64,000 nucleotides of DNA from Candidatus Spechtbacterales bacterium (lineage in GTDB: Bacteria > Patescibacteriota > Minisyncoccia > Spechtbacterales > 2-12-FULL-38-22), in the NCBI GenBank assembly GCA_040879145.1, contig JBBDKX010000035.1, positions 1,122 to 65,121 of the forward strand, in the 5' to 3' direction. How positions within the stretch are numbered: position 1 is the stretch's first letter; the number at the start of each line of letters is the position of its first letter. This document shows positions 45,358 through 54,560 of the stretch, one piece after another. The notes beneath the pieces are model-generated. The model saw nothing but the letters and a program-made list of their open reading frames with translations, was not told where the DNA came from and searched no databases. Made by a program: the position numbers and the translations under genes.

Positions 45358-46029
45358 TTACTTGGTAATATTGCTGATTAGCCACTCGGATAGTTCGTCC
45401 ATAAACTCAGGGTGTTTTTTAAAAATATCAGTACCATGACCGCCCTCCTCATAAATACGGGTCTTAACACGCTCTCCTCCGCAATCTGCTATTTCTCCTA
45501 CCGCTCTAAACGAATCTGGCACGTTTGGGTCGTCCTTTGTAGCAGCCATATATATCGCCTGACCGGCGCGTAATTTCTTAATCAAAGGCAGTGTTTCTAT
45601 GCCGTGATAATCAAACCCGGGAGAAAGAGCAAAACCGACCTGCGATTGCGGGTTTTGCGCCATATACTGTATAGACAAGTTTGCTCCTATAGACGCGCCA
45701 CCGACAACAATATTTTTAATTTCCACACCTTTATTTATAAAAAAATCCTGCGCAGCCAAAACATCAAACATTTTTTCCTGTTGCTGTTTGCTTGAAAATT
45801 CCCTGTAATCCAACTTCCCTCCTTGTGTACTTTCACCATGCCCGCGCTCGTCTATCGCTAAAACCTGAAATCCTTTTTCCAACAATAAAGACGCAAATTC
45901 ATCCCAACTCTCTTTGGTTGAAGGCATCATATGAAGCAAAATAACAGCAGGCGATGTTTCATCGCCTGCCGGATAGTAATCTCCTACTATTTTTATATTA
46001 TCTTTAGTTGTAAGCGTAACCTTTTCCAT
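45358..46029 (-). CDS. alpha/beta-fold hydrolase (dienelactone hydrolase/esterase-like)
   Basis: GxSxG nucleophile elbow GGASIG; catalytic Asp/His candidates. Confidence 0.7.
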   Translation of the reverse strand: MEKVTLTTKDNIKIVGDYYPAGDETSPAVILLHMMPSTKESWDEFASLLLEKGFQVLAIDERGHGESTQGGKLDYREFSSKQQQEKMFDVLAAQDFFINKGVEIKNIVVGGASIGANLSIQYMAQNPQSQVGFALSPGFDYHGIETLPLIKKLRAGQAIYMAATKDDPNVPDSFRAVGEIADCGGERVKTRIYEEGGHGTDIFKKHPEFMDELSEWLISNITK

Positions 46030-46032
46030 AAA

Positions 46033-47724
46033 TTATTCCCCAATCACCCCTATGTCTTTTAACAGATCCCTCAAACCCTCATTATCCGGGCCTTTTTTAT
46101 TTTTAGAATTTTTCTTTTCAACAGGAGGTTTACTTTCATTTTGAGGTTTTTTTTGTTGTTGTCCATCTCCAGCTTGAGGTTTTTTAGCCGGCGGGCCGTC
46201 GCCACGCTGAATAGGGCTTTGTCCTCGCGAAGGCGGGCGATACGGCTTCTGTTGGGGCGAGTCTGTCTGTGCACTACGCGAAGGCGGGCCGTCGCCACGC
46301 TGAAGCGAGCTTTGGCCTCGCGAAGGCGGGCGGTTTTTATTTAAATTGGGCGCTGGAAACTTCTGCATTGCCTCAGACATGCTTATTGGCTTTTCATTTT
46401 CTTTTTGCTCCTGCGCTTTTTTAGCAGGCACAGTAACCGGCCTCATCTTTGTGCTGACATCCCATTCTTGTATAACCTTCTCCATTTCTTGCCGTGAAGT
46501 TCCGTACTTATCGCGGGAACGCTTTATTATTTCTTCTGTCAATCTCTCCGCATGCCCGGGCTCAAGCGGGGCTATTGTGCGAGCGGCAAACGCGCGGTGT
46601 GTAATTCCGTCTATCATTAGCTTTAAAGCTATATTAAACTTGGGCAAGTTCACCAGATCGTCTACCATAAACTCGGGTGTAAACTCTTTCTCTATATGTT
46701 CTGCATCCTCAGCGCCTACCCGGAATGTAATAAACGTGCCTATATTACCGAATACGGCATCGCGCACTTCTTCATCCATTTGTGCTATATATTGGTGTGC
46801 CAAAATTAAGCAAAGGCGATACTTTCTCGCTTCTGAAAGTATTCCCTCAAAAGCCTCGGAGGCAAAGTTCTGGAACTCATCAACATAAAGAAAGAAGTCA
46901 CGTCTTTGGGCTTCGGGAGTGTCTATCCTGCTCATGGCCGCCAAATAAAGCTTTGTTATCGCCATAGCTCCAAGTAAACGGCTGTTATCCTCTCCGATGC
47001 GTCCCTTTGAAAGGTTCATAATAAATATCTTCCCGTCATCCATTATCTTTCTCATGTCTATGGTAGATACTTTCTGGCCCACAATATTACGAATTAAAGG
47101 AGCTGTTGTAAACTGCCCGATCTTATTTTGTATGGAAGCTGTAGCTTCAGACGCAAGCCGGTCTGAGTATTTCGCAAACTCTTCAAGCCAAAAGGAGCGC
47201 ACAATAGGGTCTTTCACATAGCTTAAAACCTCATTCCTGAAATTCTTATTAGCCATCATACGGTTAACATCCAAAAGTGTCGCGTCGGGATATTCAAGAA
47301 GAGCTAAAATTGTATTATTCAAAATATATTCCATTCTGGCGCTCCACACATCCACCCAAATTTTCTTAAACACACCCATAAGCCCGCTTGCCACAAGGTG
47401 TCTCTGGTTATATCCGACATCTTCAAGAAGATTTAAACCCATCGGAGCATCAGCATCAGCAGGATTGAAATACACAACATCGTCCATTCGTTCGGGTGGC
47501 ACAAAACTCAAAAGGGTCTCAGCAAATTCACCGTGCGGGTCTAAAATACCGAGGCCGTTCCCGTTTATAATATCCTGAATCGCCATATTCTGTATCATGT
47601 TCGTCTTACCCATTCCAGTCTTTCCTATGATGTACATATGGCGGCGGCGGTCATCAGTTTTTATGCCAAACCTGTCGCTGCGCCCCCTGTAATTCAATTG
47701 TCCAAAATAATTTATTTCTTCCAT
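46033..47724 (-). CDS. FtsK/HerA-superfamily P-loop ATPase (VirD4/TraD/VirB4-like, AAA_10/DUF87-like) with disordered repeat-containing C-terminus
   Basis: Walker A IIGKTGMGKT, ILDPHGEF, Walker B FFLYVDEFQNF, RKYRLCLILAHQ; ATG at 47724 (ORF-track N-extension is encoded by a CCTGCCTGCC hairpin). Confidence 0.65.
   Translation of the reverse strand: MEEINYFGQLNYRGRSDRFGIKTDDRRRHMYIIGKTGMGKTNMIQNMAIQDIINGNGLGILDPHGEFAETLLSFVPPERMDDVVYFNPADADAPMGLNLLEDVGYNQRHLVASGLMGVFKKIWVDVWSARMEYILNNTILALLEYPDATLLDVNRMMANKNFRNEVLSYVKDPIVRSFWLEEFAKYSDRLASEATASIQNKIGQFTTAPLIRNIVGQKVSTIDMRKIMDDGKIFIMNLSKGRIGEDNSRLLGAMAITKLYLAAMSRIDTPEAQRRDFFLYVDEFQNFASEAFEGILSEARKYRLCLILAHQYIAQMDEEVRDAVFGNIGTFITFRVGAEDAEHIEKEFTPEFMVDDLVNLPKFNIALKLMIDGITHRAFAARTIAPLEPGHAERLTEEIIKRSRDKYGTSRQEMEKVIQEWDVSTKMRPVTVPAKKAQEQKENEKPISMSEAMQKFPAPNLNKNRPPSRGQSSLQRGDGPPSRSAQTDSPQQKPYRPPSRGQSPIQRGDGPPAKKPQAGDGQQQKKPQNESKPPVEKKNSKNKKGPDNEGLRDLLKDIGVIGE
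46190..46332. repeat. two ~50-bp direct repeats inside the ATPase coding region (encode RPPSRGQSxxQRGDGPP twice)
   Basis: ggcgggccgtcgccacgctgaa...cctcgcgaaggcgggcg at 46190-46239 and 46283-46332. Confidence 0.75.
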
Positions 47725-47766
47725 GATTTTTGTTTCGCCTGCCTGCCGGCAGGCAGGGCTCCGCCT

Positions 47767-47895
47767 CACGAAAAGTATAAAGTATACAGTATTCAGTATA
47801 TAGGAGTGCTTTATAATTAGCTTTGCTTAATACTATATACTAAATACTGTATACTTGAACGAGCGAAAGGTGAGTTCCAAGCTCGCTTTGCGAGC
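47767..47895. repeat. family A palindromic intergenic repeat copy 3
   Basis: cacgaaaagtataaagtatacagtattcagtatataggagtgctttataattagctttgcttaatactatatactaaatactgtatacttgaacgagcgaaaggtgag. Confidence 0.8.
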
Positions 47896-49128
47896 TTATG
47901 TAGGCAATCCACTTGGTGGTTCCGATGTTCTTGAGGGCACTCTCGGCATAAGCGGGGCTCTTACTACCCTTCCAGGGAAATGATACATCGTAGCTATTTC
48001 TTCAGTACTCAAAACGTAGGGACTGGTGGCAAAATCAAGATACCTCCCTTTATAAGCTGCGAGTATATTGCGTTTGCGAATATAATTTCTAAACTTTTTA
48101 AAAAGAATAAGAGAACCTTTTGGAAAAGAACCTGAATGCGGACGAAAGCTATTTAAACCGCTAAACTGTCTAAGGTAGCCGTGCAAACCCGCGAGATGTT
48201 CACCGTGCCAGACATCTTTTCTTGCCACATAAACAGCGCGGAGCATGGTATTAAATTTAATTTTAGAATCTTTTATCTCAATTTTTTCTATATTCATACG
48301 CTCTCCTGGTGTCATTCGTGTCATATCACTTTGTGTTTTTTCAGGTTTTTTTTTCTGCCCGCCTCCACCAAAAGCGTTAAAAATACTTGTAAGCGGGTCT
48401 ACATATTTTGTACCCGAGTCCCTGCCTACCAGTTTATCTATCTCACTCTTTGCCTTGCCCTCAACTTCGCTAAGAACAGGGCTTATGACAACCTGCATCC
48501 ACATATGCTCCCCTTCTTCCATTTTAGAAACAAGTTCCGCGTACTGAGATATCGGGTCCATACGCCTGTCTTCATCCAAATCTTCAAACTCAATATATGT
48601 TCTTATAGGATAAACCCAACTTCTGTTAAGTGTATATTCCGCACCCCATACCTCATAACTCTCTCCGGGCACATCGGCAGGCAAATCCGCGGTATAATCC
48701 GGGACTTCTTCTATCGCGGCGTCAGAATACTGTGAATATACTTTAGATTCAACAAAATTACGCTGCGATCTTTTGCAGCGTATATAAAAATGCAACCTTC
48801 CGGCTGTTCCCACCATCTCAAGACTAAACCGGTCAATTACAACACCCTCTGTCCACTTTTCGCGGCTGGTTAGCGGACTCCAAACTCCGTGCAAGCCCTC
48901 AAGCACATTCTCCATAGCTTTGGGGGTTTTTAGAACATCCGGGGGTAAAGATACCTCGAGCACTATCCAGTCCAGTTTTTTAGAATATTGAGACCTTTTA
49001 TTGCGCAGATACAAAGGATGAACTTTTGAAAACAGGTAAAACGGAACTATGACCCACCAAGTGGCCTTAAATAAGTTCCATAAAATTAAACCTGCAAATT
49101 GTAGTATTTCTACCAGTGTAGAAGGCAC
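47896..49128 (-). CDS. hypothetical protein with N-terminal TM anchor (410 aa), upstream partner of the ATPase
   Basis: TM LVEILQFAGLILWNLFKATWWVIVPFYLF; GGGG/KKK-rich linker; no family recognised. Confidence 0.5.
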   Translation of the reverse strand: MPSTLVEILQFAGLILWNLFKATWWVIVPFYLFSKVHPLYLRNKRSQYSKKLDWIVLEVSLPPDVLKTPKAMENVLEGLHGVWSPLTSREKWTEGVVIDRFSLEMVGTAGRLHFYIRCKRSQRNFVESKVYSQYSDAAIEEVPDYTADLPADVPGESYEVWGAEYTLNRSWVYPIRTYIEFEDLDEDRRMDPISQYAELVSKMEEGEHMWMQVVISPVLSEVEGKAKSEIDKLVGRDSGTKYVDPLTSIFNAFGGGGQKKKPEKTQSDMTRMTPGERMNIEKIEIKDSKIKFNTMLRAVYVARKDVWHGEHLAGLHGYLRQFSGLNSFRPHSGSFPKGSLILFKKFRNYIRKRNILAAYKGRYLDFATSPYVLSTEEIATMYHFPGRVVRAPLMPRVPSRTSEPPSGLPT

Positions 49129-49140
49129 AACAGTAGCTCG

Positions 49141-49240
49141 CTTCGCGAGCAGGTTATAGGTTTTAGATTTCAGGTATCAGACTATCGCTTAATTTTTGAG
49201 TCTAACACCTATTACCTAACACCTATTACCTATCTTATAA
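49141..49240. repeat. aggttttag / taggtatcag / acacctattacctaac x2 leader repeat
   Basis: related segments at 22730..22800 and 60115..60195. Confidence 0.5.
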
Positions 49241-49243
49241 GGG

Positions 49244-50338
49244 TTATGCCAGGTAGTATTTATTGCCTTCGTCTTTCTTAAAGTGAGTTCTGTTCTGTAA
49301 ATTGAGCAAAATTGTATTTTTTTGCACTTTTCTCTGGTCCATTACACGATCCACCAAGACTTCTCTTTCTACCGGCTTTCCCTCTTCTTTTAATATGTTC
49401 ATTATAACATCTTTTACTGTACCAGGCATATAACCCCAGTTCGCAAGTGCGTAGATCCCCCGACCTATTAATACAAATCTTTCATCCTTTATAAGTTCGT
49501 TATGAACAGTTTGAGGATGAGTTTTTTTAGAATTTTTAAACCTAAAAGGAGCGTCGTCTATTCTGTGCGCGAGTTCTCTAAAATGAAGAGGATCTCCATG
49601 TCTGTGTAACACAAGAAATACCTTGTCTCTTACTCCGCGAGGTGTAATCTGGGGCCATTCAGCTAATCCCCACTGATTAAACGGACCAAGCTCTATCTTC
49701 TTAGAAGCACCTAAAAGTATATGTAGATTATCTTCAGTAACAGGCAGGAATTCTCTATTCGCCTCCTCAGCTTTAACCATAAGCTCTTCAGCATCTATGG
49801 GTTCGCCTGTCTTTTCCATGCTTTCAACAATGCCGGTCAAAAGTACTTTAACCTTTTCAGCACTTTCTTTGTTTACAGCCCAACTTGCCTGAAAATCATC
49901 GCTTTCTTTAATCTTTACAAAAGAGTCATTCAAAGCCAAAAGCAATGAGAGATATGGACGATGGGCATCAGAAGCTAAAGTTTCTACAAGAACTTCCTCT
50001 GACACAACACCGCAGTGTTCATTTAAATAATTATTTATCTCGTCAAAAGCGGGGGTAAGAAATTCATACTCAGCAGAATTTCTTATCTTCAAATAAGACG
50101 CCTCCTCTATCTGTCGCACCCTCTCCCTTGTAATATTATAAGCACCCCCGATCTTCTCGAGAGTTTGTCTCTCTCCACCTGTACCAATGCCGTGCCTTCG
50201 CGCGAGTATTGTGCTGTTTCTATCAGACAACACTCCAAGCGTTTTTCCTATAACAGGCTTTACATTGAGCTTTTTTACTTGAGTTGCTTGTGGCATATAA
50301 GTTAGTGGTTTACTTTTTACTTGTGTTTGACTTTTCAT
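49244..50338 (-). CDS. protein with sigma-70 region 4-like HTH near N-terminus, remainder unknown
   Basis: GERQTLEKIGGAYNITRERVRQIEEASYLKIRN; alternative start Met15 (50296). Confidence 0.55.
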   Translation of the reverse strand: MKSQTQVKSKPLTYMPQATQVKKLNVKPVIGKTLGVLSDRNSTILARRHGIGTGGERQTLEKIGGAYNITRERVRQIEEASYLKIRNSAEYEFLTPAFDEINNYLNEHCGVVSEEVLVETLASDAHRPYLSLLLALNDSFVKIKESDDFQASWAVNKESAEKVKVLLTGIVESMEKTGEPIDAEELMVKAEEANREFLPVTEDNLHILLGASKKIELGPFNQWGLAEWPQITPRGVRDKVFLVLHRHGDPLHFRELAHRIDDAPFRFKNSKKTHPQTVHNELIKDERFVLIGRGIYALANWGYMPGTVKDVIMNILKEEGKPVEREVLVDRVMDQRKVQKNTILLNLQNRTHFKKDEGNKYYLA

Positions 50339-50423
50339 AATTTAATCATACTTTTAAAATACTGTCAACACCCTTCATGCTTCCTTCCTCTTTCTGGAAG
50401 AACACTTTATGTCTTGCGACGGC

Positions 50424-51332
50424 TTAAGCTTTTCTCAAGCGCTCTGCCCAGCTAACAAGAATAGGGCTTGCTATAAAGATAGAAGAGTACGTTCCTATGG
50501 CAATACCTACAATTAATGTGAAGATGAAATTATGTATTGTTTCTCCCCCAAAAAAGAATACGGCAAAAAGAACAAGTAGTGTTGTTAAAGATGTGTTCAA
50601 AGATCTGACAACACTCTCTTTAACACTTGCCGAAACAAGTTCGTTAAAGTCTTTTTGGTTGCCAAAACGAAGTATATTCTCTCTCACCCTGTCAAACACA
50701 ACAATAGTGTCGTTTACAGAGTAACCCACTATGGTAAGCAGGGCCGCAATAAAAGGAACACCCACCTCTGTACCTTTAAAATGGGTAAATATTGCAAAAA
50801 ATCCAACCGTTATAATAACGTCGTGAAACAACGTAATTAAAGCGATGACACCATATCGCACGGAACCCAAAGGGTACGATATTCTGCGGAATGCCCACGC
50901 GACATAAACAACAATCATAGCAAGCACAAGCCCCATGGCCCAAGCGGATTTGCTTATTGTTTCACGGCCTATCACAGGCCCCACGCTTTGAAACTGTTTC
51001 TCTTCTACTTCAGCTTCACTTGCCTCGGTTATTTTAGCTAAAATCTCCTGGTGTGTTTCCTCATCAACATCGCGAAAACGCAAAATAAGAGAGTCGTCTC
51101 CTCCCTGTTGAATACTAATGCTTCCCAAATCAATATCACTCAAAGCGCTTGTCACATCCTCACGCGAAAGTATTGTTATATTGCCATCCTCATCCGGTAA
51201 AAAACCGACCTCCATCAAAGAGCCGCCTTTGAAATCTATACCTAAAGGCAACTTAAATACCGCGACTCCTATAATACTCACAGTTATAAGTACAGTAGAT
51301 AATATATAAAATATTTTTCTCTTTTCTATCAT
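50424..51332 (-). CDS. secF: protein translocase subunit SecF
   Basis: SecD/SecF family TM core, SVNDTIVVFDRVREN. Confidence 0.9.
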   Translation of the reverse strand: MIEKRKIFYILSTVLITVSIIGVAVFKLPLGIDFKGGSLMEVGFLPDEDGNITILSREDVTSALSDIDLGSISIQQGGDDSLILRFRDVDEETHQEILAKITEASEAEVEEKQFQSVGPVIGRETISKSAWAMGLVLAMIVVYVAWAFRRISYPLGSVRYGVIALITLFHDVIITVGFFAIFTHFKGTEVGVPFIAALLTIVGYSVNDTIVVFDRVRENILRFGNQKDFNELVSASVKESVVRSLNTSLTTLLVLFAVFFFGGETIHNFIFTLIVGIAIGTYSSIFIASPILVSWAERLRKA

Positions 51333-51341
51333 AATTAATAG

Positions 51342-52883
51342 TTAACGCGACCAGATAAATTTAATGGTTTCAAGTTTGCCTGTTAAAAACAACTTCATAA
51401 GATACTTTGTTACAACCATCGCGGAGAACATGCTAACAACAATACCCAGCCCCAGCGTTAAAGCGAACCCCTGCACGAAACTTGTTGAAAACCAAAACAG
51501 TATTACAGCAGTGAGCAGGGTTGATATGTTTCCGTCTCTTATTGAAGGCCACGCTCTTTCAAACGCCTTATCTACAGCATAAGACACATTTTCAACATCT
51601 CTTAACTCTTCCCGCAAACGCTCAAAAATAAGCACATTGGCATCTACGGCCATTCCAATAGACAGTATAAGACCTGCTATTCCGGCAAGTGTGAGTGTAA
51701 TAGGTATTGTCTTTATAAGCGCCAGGATAAACGCTATGTACATCAAAAGAGAGACAGCCGCTAAAAGACCGCTAAAACGATACATAATAACTATAAACGC
51801 GAGAACTGCCAAAACAGCTATGGCTCCCGCACGCAGGCTTGCCGCAAGCGACTCTTCACCGAGCGCGGCGCCTATTCTCTGTTGGGCTATAATGCTTATC
51901 GGAACAGGAAGCGCTCCCGCGTTTAGGTTTCGTACGAGCTCTCTTGCCTCATCTACAGTAAAGTTTCCGGTTATAACAGCTTGTCCGCCCGCTATTGCCT
52001 GGTTTACTGTAGGAATAGAAACAGGTGTTCCATCAAGATATATAGCAACTACAGAACCGATATTTCTCTTTGTTATTTCCTCAAACAACTCCGAACCCTC
52101 TTCATTAAACTGCAACCCTATTTGTAGCTCTCCGGTCTGCGGATGTGTCGTCACACTAGCCCTTTCTAAAAATTGTCCCGTGAGACTTGTACTTCTAAAA
52201 CACGGGTCTTCTCCGAGTATCTGGGTAAATGTCGCTATTCCCTGAGTATTGGCGCCGCTACAAATACTTGCAATCTGTTGGTCGCTAATCTCTCCTTGTT
52301 CTTCCACAAATCCGGATAAAACCTGAGACAGCGCCTGTTTTTGTTCTTCAAAAGGTCTTACCTCTTTGAACTCCAAAAACGGAGTCTGTCCTATTTGTTC
52401 TATGGCCTTATCCGGGTCGCTTATTCCCGCAAGTTCAACTATAAGGCGTGATGAATCATCACCCTGCTCTATTTGCACCACAGGTTCTGAAACCCCAAGG
52501 AAGTTAACTCGTCTTTCTATCGCGTCGCGTAAAGATTCCATAGCATCCTTCTGGTCGCTTTCTCTTATGCCGGAGAGATTGGCTTCATATACCAGGTGGA
52601 TGCCACCCTGCAAATCAAGACCTAAAGAGTAAGGACTTTCAGAGAATTTAGGAACGCGTGCAAAATTATCAATGGCGCGTAAAACTCCCCACTTGTCATA
52701 CTGTCCCACGTACCGGTTTGCATCTACAGCTTCCAGTTTAGGGTTTGACCAATCCGCAAACTGGTTCCAGTATTTAGGGTAATCTAAATTAGCCGCAAAA
52801 AATGCGGCAATCAAAATTAGAAATACAAATATCCAAGTTTGTCCTCTCTTTGTTGGTTTACGAAAAAGTCGCTTCAAAAACAT
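51342..52883 (-). CDS. secD: protein translocase subunit SecD
   Basis: GLDLQGGIHLVYE periplasmic domain, C-terminal 6 TM; ATG at 52883 (ORF track TTG start 52937). Confidence 0.9.
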   Translation of the reverse strand: MFLKRLFRKPTKRGQTWIFVFLILIAAFFAANLDYPKYWNQFADWSNPKLEAVDANRYVGQYDKWGVLRAIDNFARVPKFSESPYSLGLDLQGGIHLVYEANLSGIRESDQKDAMESLRDAIERRVNFLGVSEPVVQIEQGDDSSRLIVELAGISDPDKAIEQIGQTPFLEFKEVRPFEEQKQALSQVLSGFVEEQGEISDQQIASICSGANTQGIATFTQILGEDPCFRSTSLTGQFLERASVTTHPQTGELQIGLQFNEEGSELFEEITKRNIGSVVAIYLDGTPVSIPTVNQAIAGGQAVITGNFTVDEARELVRNLNAGALPVPISIIAQQRIGAALGEESLAASLRAGAIAVLAVLAFIVIMYRFSGLLAAVSLLMYIAFILALIKTIPITLTLAGIAGLILSIGMAVDANVLIFERLREELRDVENVSYAVDKAFERAWPSIRDGNISTLLTAVILFWFSTSFVQGFALTLGLGIVVSMFSAMVVTKYLMKLFLTGKLETIKFIWSR

Positions 52884-52937
52884 ACCTTGAATATGATAAT
52901 TAAGTTTACAAAGAAAATCAAGGGGGTTCATCCCCAA

Positions 52938-53012
52938 GCCGGTTCATTTTAGCCGGTCGGACTCTTTCTTCCGACCCCTTTACTTCCAACCTTACTATAA
53001 GTCCTATTCTTC
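52938..53012 (-). promoter_or_regulatory. promoter-like module with TA(A/T)AAT box, hairpin ggtcggaagaaaNagtccgacc and ATAGGAC 9-bp repeats, upstream of secD
   Basis: near-identical module at 53715..53813 upstream of ssrA. Confidence 0.5.
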
Positions 53013-53029
53013 AAAAACAAAAAGCACCA

Positions 53030-53285
53030 CATTTAAGTGGTGCGAAGAACATTAGGTGGCTGCACTCTCCCGTTACTCAAGCGGAAGAGTGCAGCATTTC
53101 CAACGCCGACAGCTTCGCTGTCGGGCATCCTCGATTGCTTTGCAATCGGGACAAGTGCCGAGGTCGGAAAAATTAGGCCGCGCGCCCCCGGAGAAAGGGT
53201 GAAGAGCCCAGAAGGGGCGCGCGACCTATAGGGCGAGTGCGACTCAGTGTCCGCCATCACAGTGAGAGCAGAACGGCACAGGCCC
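53030..53285. other. GC-rich 250-nt segment with 5+ stable hairpins immediately 3' of tmRNA; candidate structured RNA or terminator cluster
   Basis: gctgcactctcccgttactcaagcggaagagtgcagc, cgacagcttcgctgtcg, gcgcgccccc...ggggcgcgc, gcaccacttaaatgtggtgc. Confidence 0.3.
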
Positions 53286-53643
53286 TGGTGGAGGTGCCGG
53301 GAATTGAACCCGGGTCCGGCGTAATATTCATAAGCGTTTTAGTTTACGTGCGTTGACTCCGTAAAATTTCGGAAGGGTTATACAGAGACAGATTCACCTT
53401 TCCTATCCGTTGTTCAGTGTCCCTTGCAAAGCACTTCGGAAAAAGCTTTGCTTCGGCAAGCACTCTGGTTCTTCTTAGCTTAGAATGCGTGGGCTAAGAA
53501 GCTGGTTGCTCTTTCAGGCGGCAGCCAGGAGGCCTCTGCTATTTGTGGCAGTTATATGTTTCCAGCGACGGTTTACGAGCACACGCTGGTTTCTCGGCAC
53601 GAGTTCTTAGTTTCAACGACACCGTCGAGACCAATTCACCCCC
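53286..53643 (-). ncRNA. ssrA: tmRNA (SsrA), one-piece, CCA encoded
   Basis: 5' GGGGGUGAAUUGGUCUCGACG..., 3' ...GGACCCGGGUUCAAUUCCCGGCACCUCCACCA; acceptor stem pairs. Confidence 0.9.
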
Positions 53644-53714
53644 ATGAGTTTAAAGGTACAATTTGTGTGGACCGGTTTTTGACAGAAACCAGTCCGGAAA
53701 AACTGCGGCAAGTA

Positions 53715-53813
53715 TCAGTTGCCGGTTCATTATAGCCGGTCGGACTATTTCTTCCGACCCCTTTACTTCCAATCATCCTATAGGTCCTATTCGTCCTATA
53801 GGTCCTATTCTTC
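53715..53813 (-). promoter_or_regulatory. promoter-like module (TATAAT box + hairpin) with four ATAGGAC 9-bp tandem repeats, ~95 nt upstream of tmRNA 5' end
   Basis: ggaagtaaaggggtcggaagaaatagtccgaccggctataatgaaccggc; gaataggacctataggacgaataggacctataggat. Confidence 0.5.
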
Positions 53814-53935
53814 AGAAACAAAGGGGTTGTGGAGACACTTAAGGCGGTCTCCATTTGCCTTTCTTTGCTTTCTTCCTATATGGCAAAGAACTACACGTTT
53901 TTAGGGCGGTCTCTTCCGTGCGCCGCCAGGCCGCT

Positions 53936-54238
53936 TCAGACGGGTTGCAGTTGGTCCGGGTCAACAATGACAAGTCTCGTAGACTTGCCCTGCTTCCGGT
54001 CCAACTCCACCGTGTAGTTCGGGAAGTCCAGAATCTCTGTTCCGTTCTTTTCCGTCACGGTGGTGATACCGGCAACTGCCGGACAGCGGTGTTCGTCGGG
54101 AACTCCGACGACCACACCCTGAAGGGTGCCCCGGCGAGTGCTAACCACCCGGCGATGTAAGCTCTCATTGAGAGTAAGCACCTCAACCGGAAGGATAACG
54201 AACACGCGCGTTCCCACCTGAAGTCTATTTTCGGCCAT
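53936..54238 (-). CDS. hypothetical protein (100 aa) in GC-rich segment
   Basis: strong SD ttaaggaggtgaaATG; no family recognised. Confidence 0.5.
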   Translation of the reverse strand: MAENRLQVGTRVFVILPVEVLTLNESLHRRVVSTRRGTLQGVVVGVPDEHRCPAVAGITTVTEKNGTEILDFPNYTVELDRKQGKSTRLVIVDPDQLQPV

Positions 54239-54239
54239 T

Positions 54240-54560
54240 TCACCTCCTTAAGGTGTTGTGAAAGGTTCAAGGGAAGAGGTTTCGGAATAACTGCCGCGTT
54301 CGCTTTGTTATCCTACTTCCTCTCCCCCGCATTTAAACCCAGTCAAGTAATTCTGCCGCGGCCTGAGTGCTGGGTCACCCTCAAGCTGCAGAGCCGGTCA
54401 AAATTCGGACACCACTACCACCGACAGGCAATGTGGTTCCTACTCTGCTTCCTCAGAAGCATTCAGATAAACACAGTTCCTGTATTCATCTAAATACCGC
54501 CGATTATTAAAGATTGAGTGCCGCCGGCGCTCAATTCCAGTAAGCAGCAGACTACTGGAA
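54240..54560 (-). other. ~320-nt GC-rich highly structured leader/ncRNA candidate upstream of the 100-aa ORF
   Basis: 12-bp stem ccgccggcgctc/gagcgccggcgg with nested ccagta..tactgg hairpin, further helices. Confidence 0.35.

Noticed and set aside
46033-47769. ORF-track N-terminal extension of the ATPase (MRRSPACRQAGETKI...)
   Set aside because: The extra 15 codons are encoded by the CCTGCCTGCC/GGCAGGCAGG hairpin, so the downstream ATG at 47724 is the more plausible start.
53030-53285. RNase P RNA
   Set aside because: Short strings resemble P5-P9/J11-12 motifs but are in the wrong order, the P4 GGAAAGTCCGGGC signature is missing, and the strand would collide with tmRNA.
53636-53904. ORFs 53636..53854 (-) and 53719..53904 (+)
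   Set aside because: They overlap the tmRNA 5' end and the promoter/repeat module, with no RBS; artefacts.
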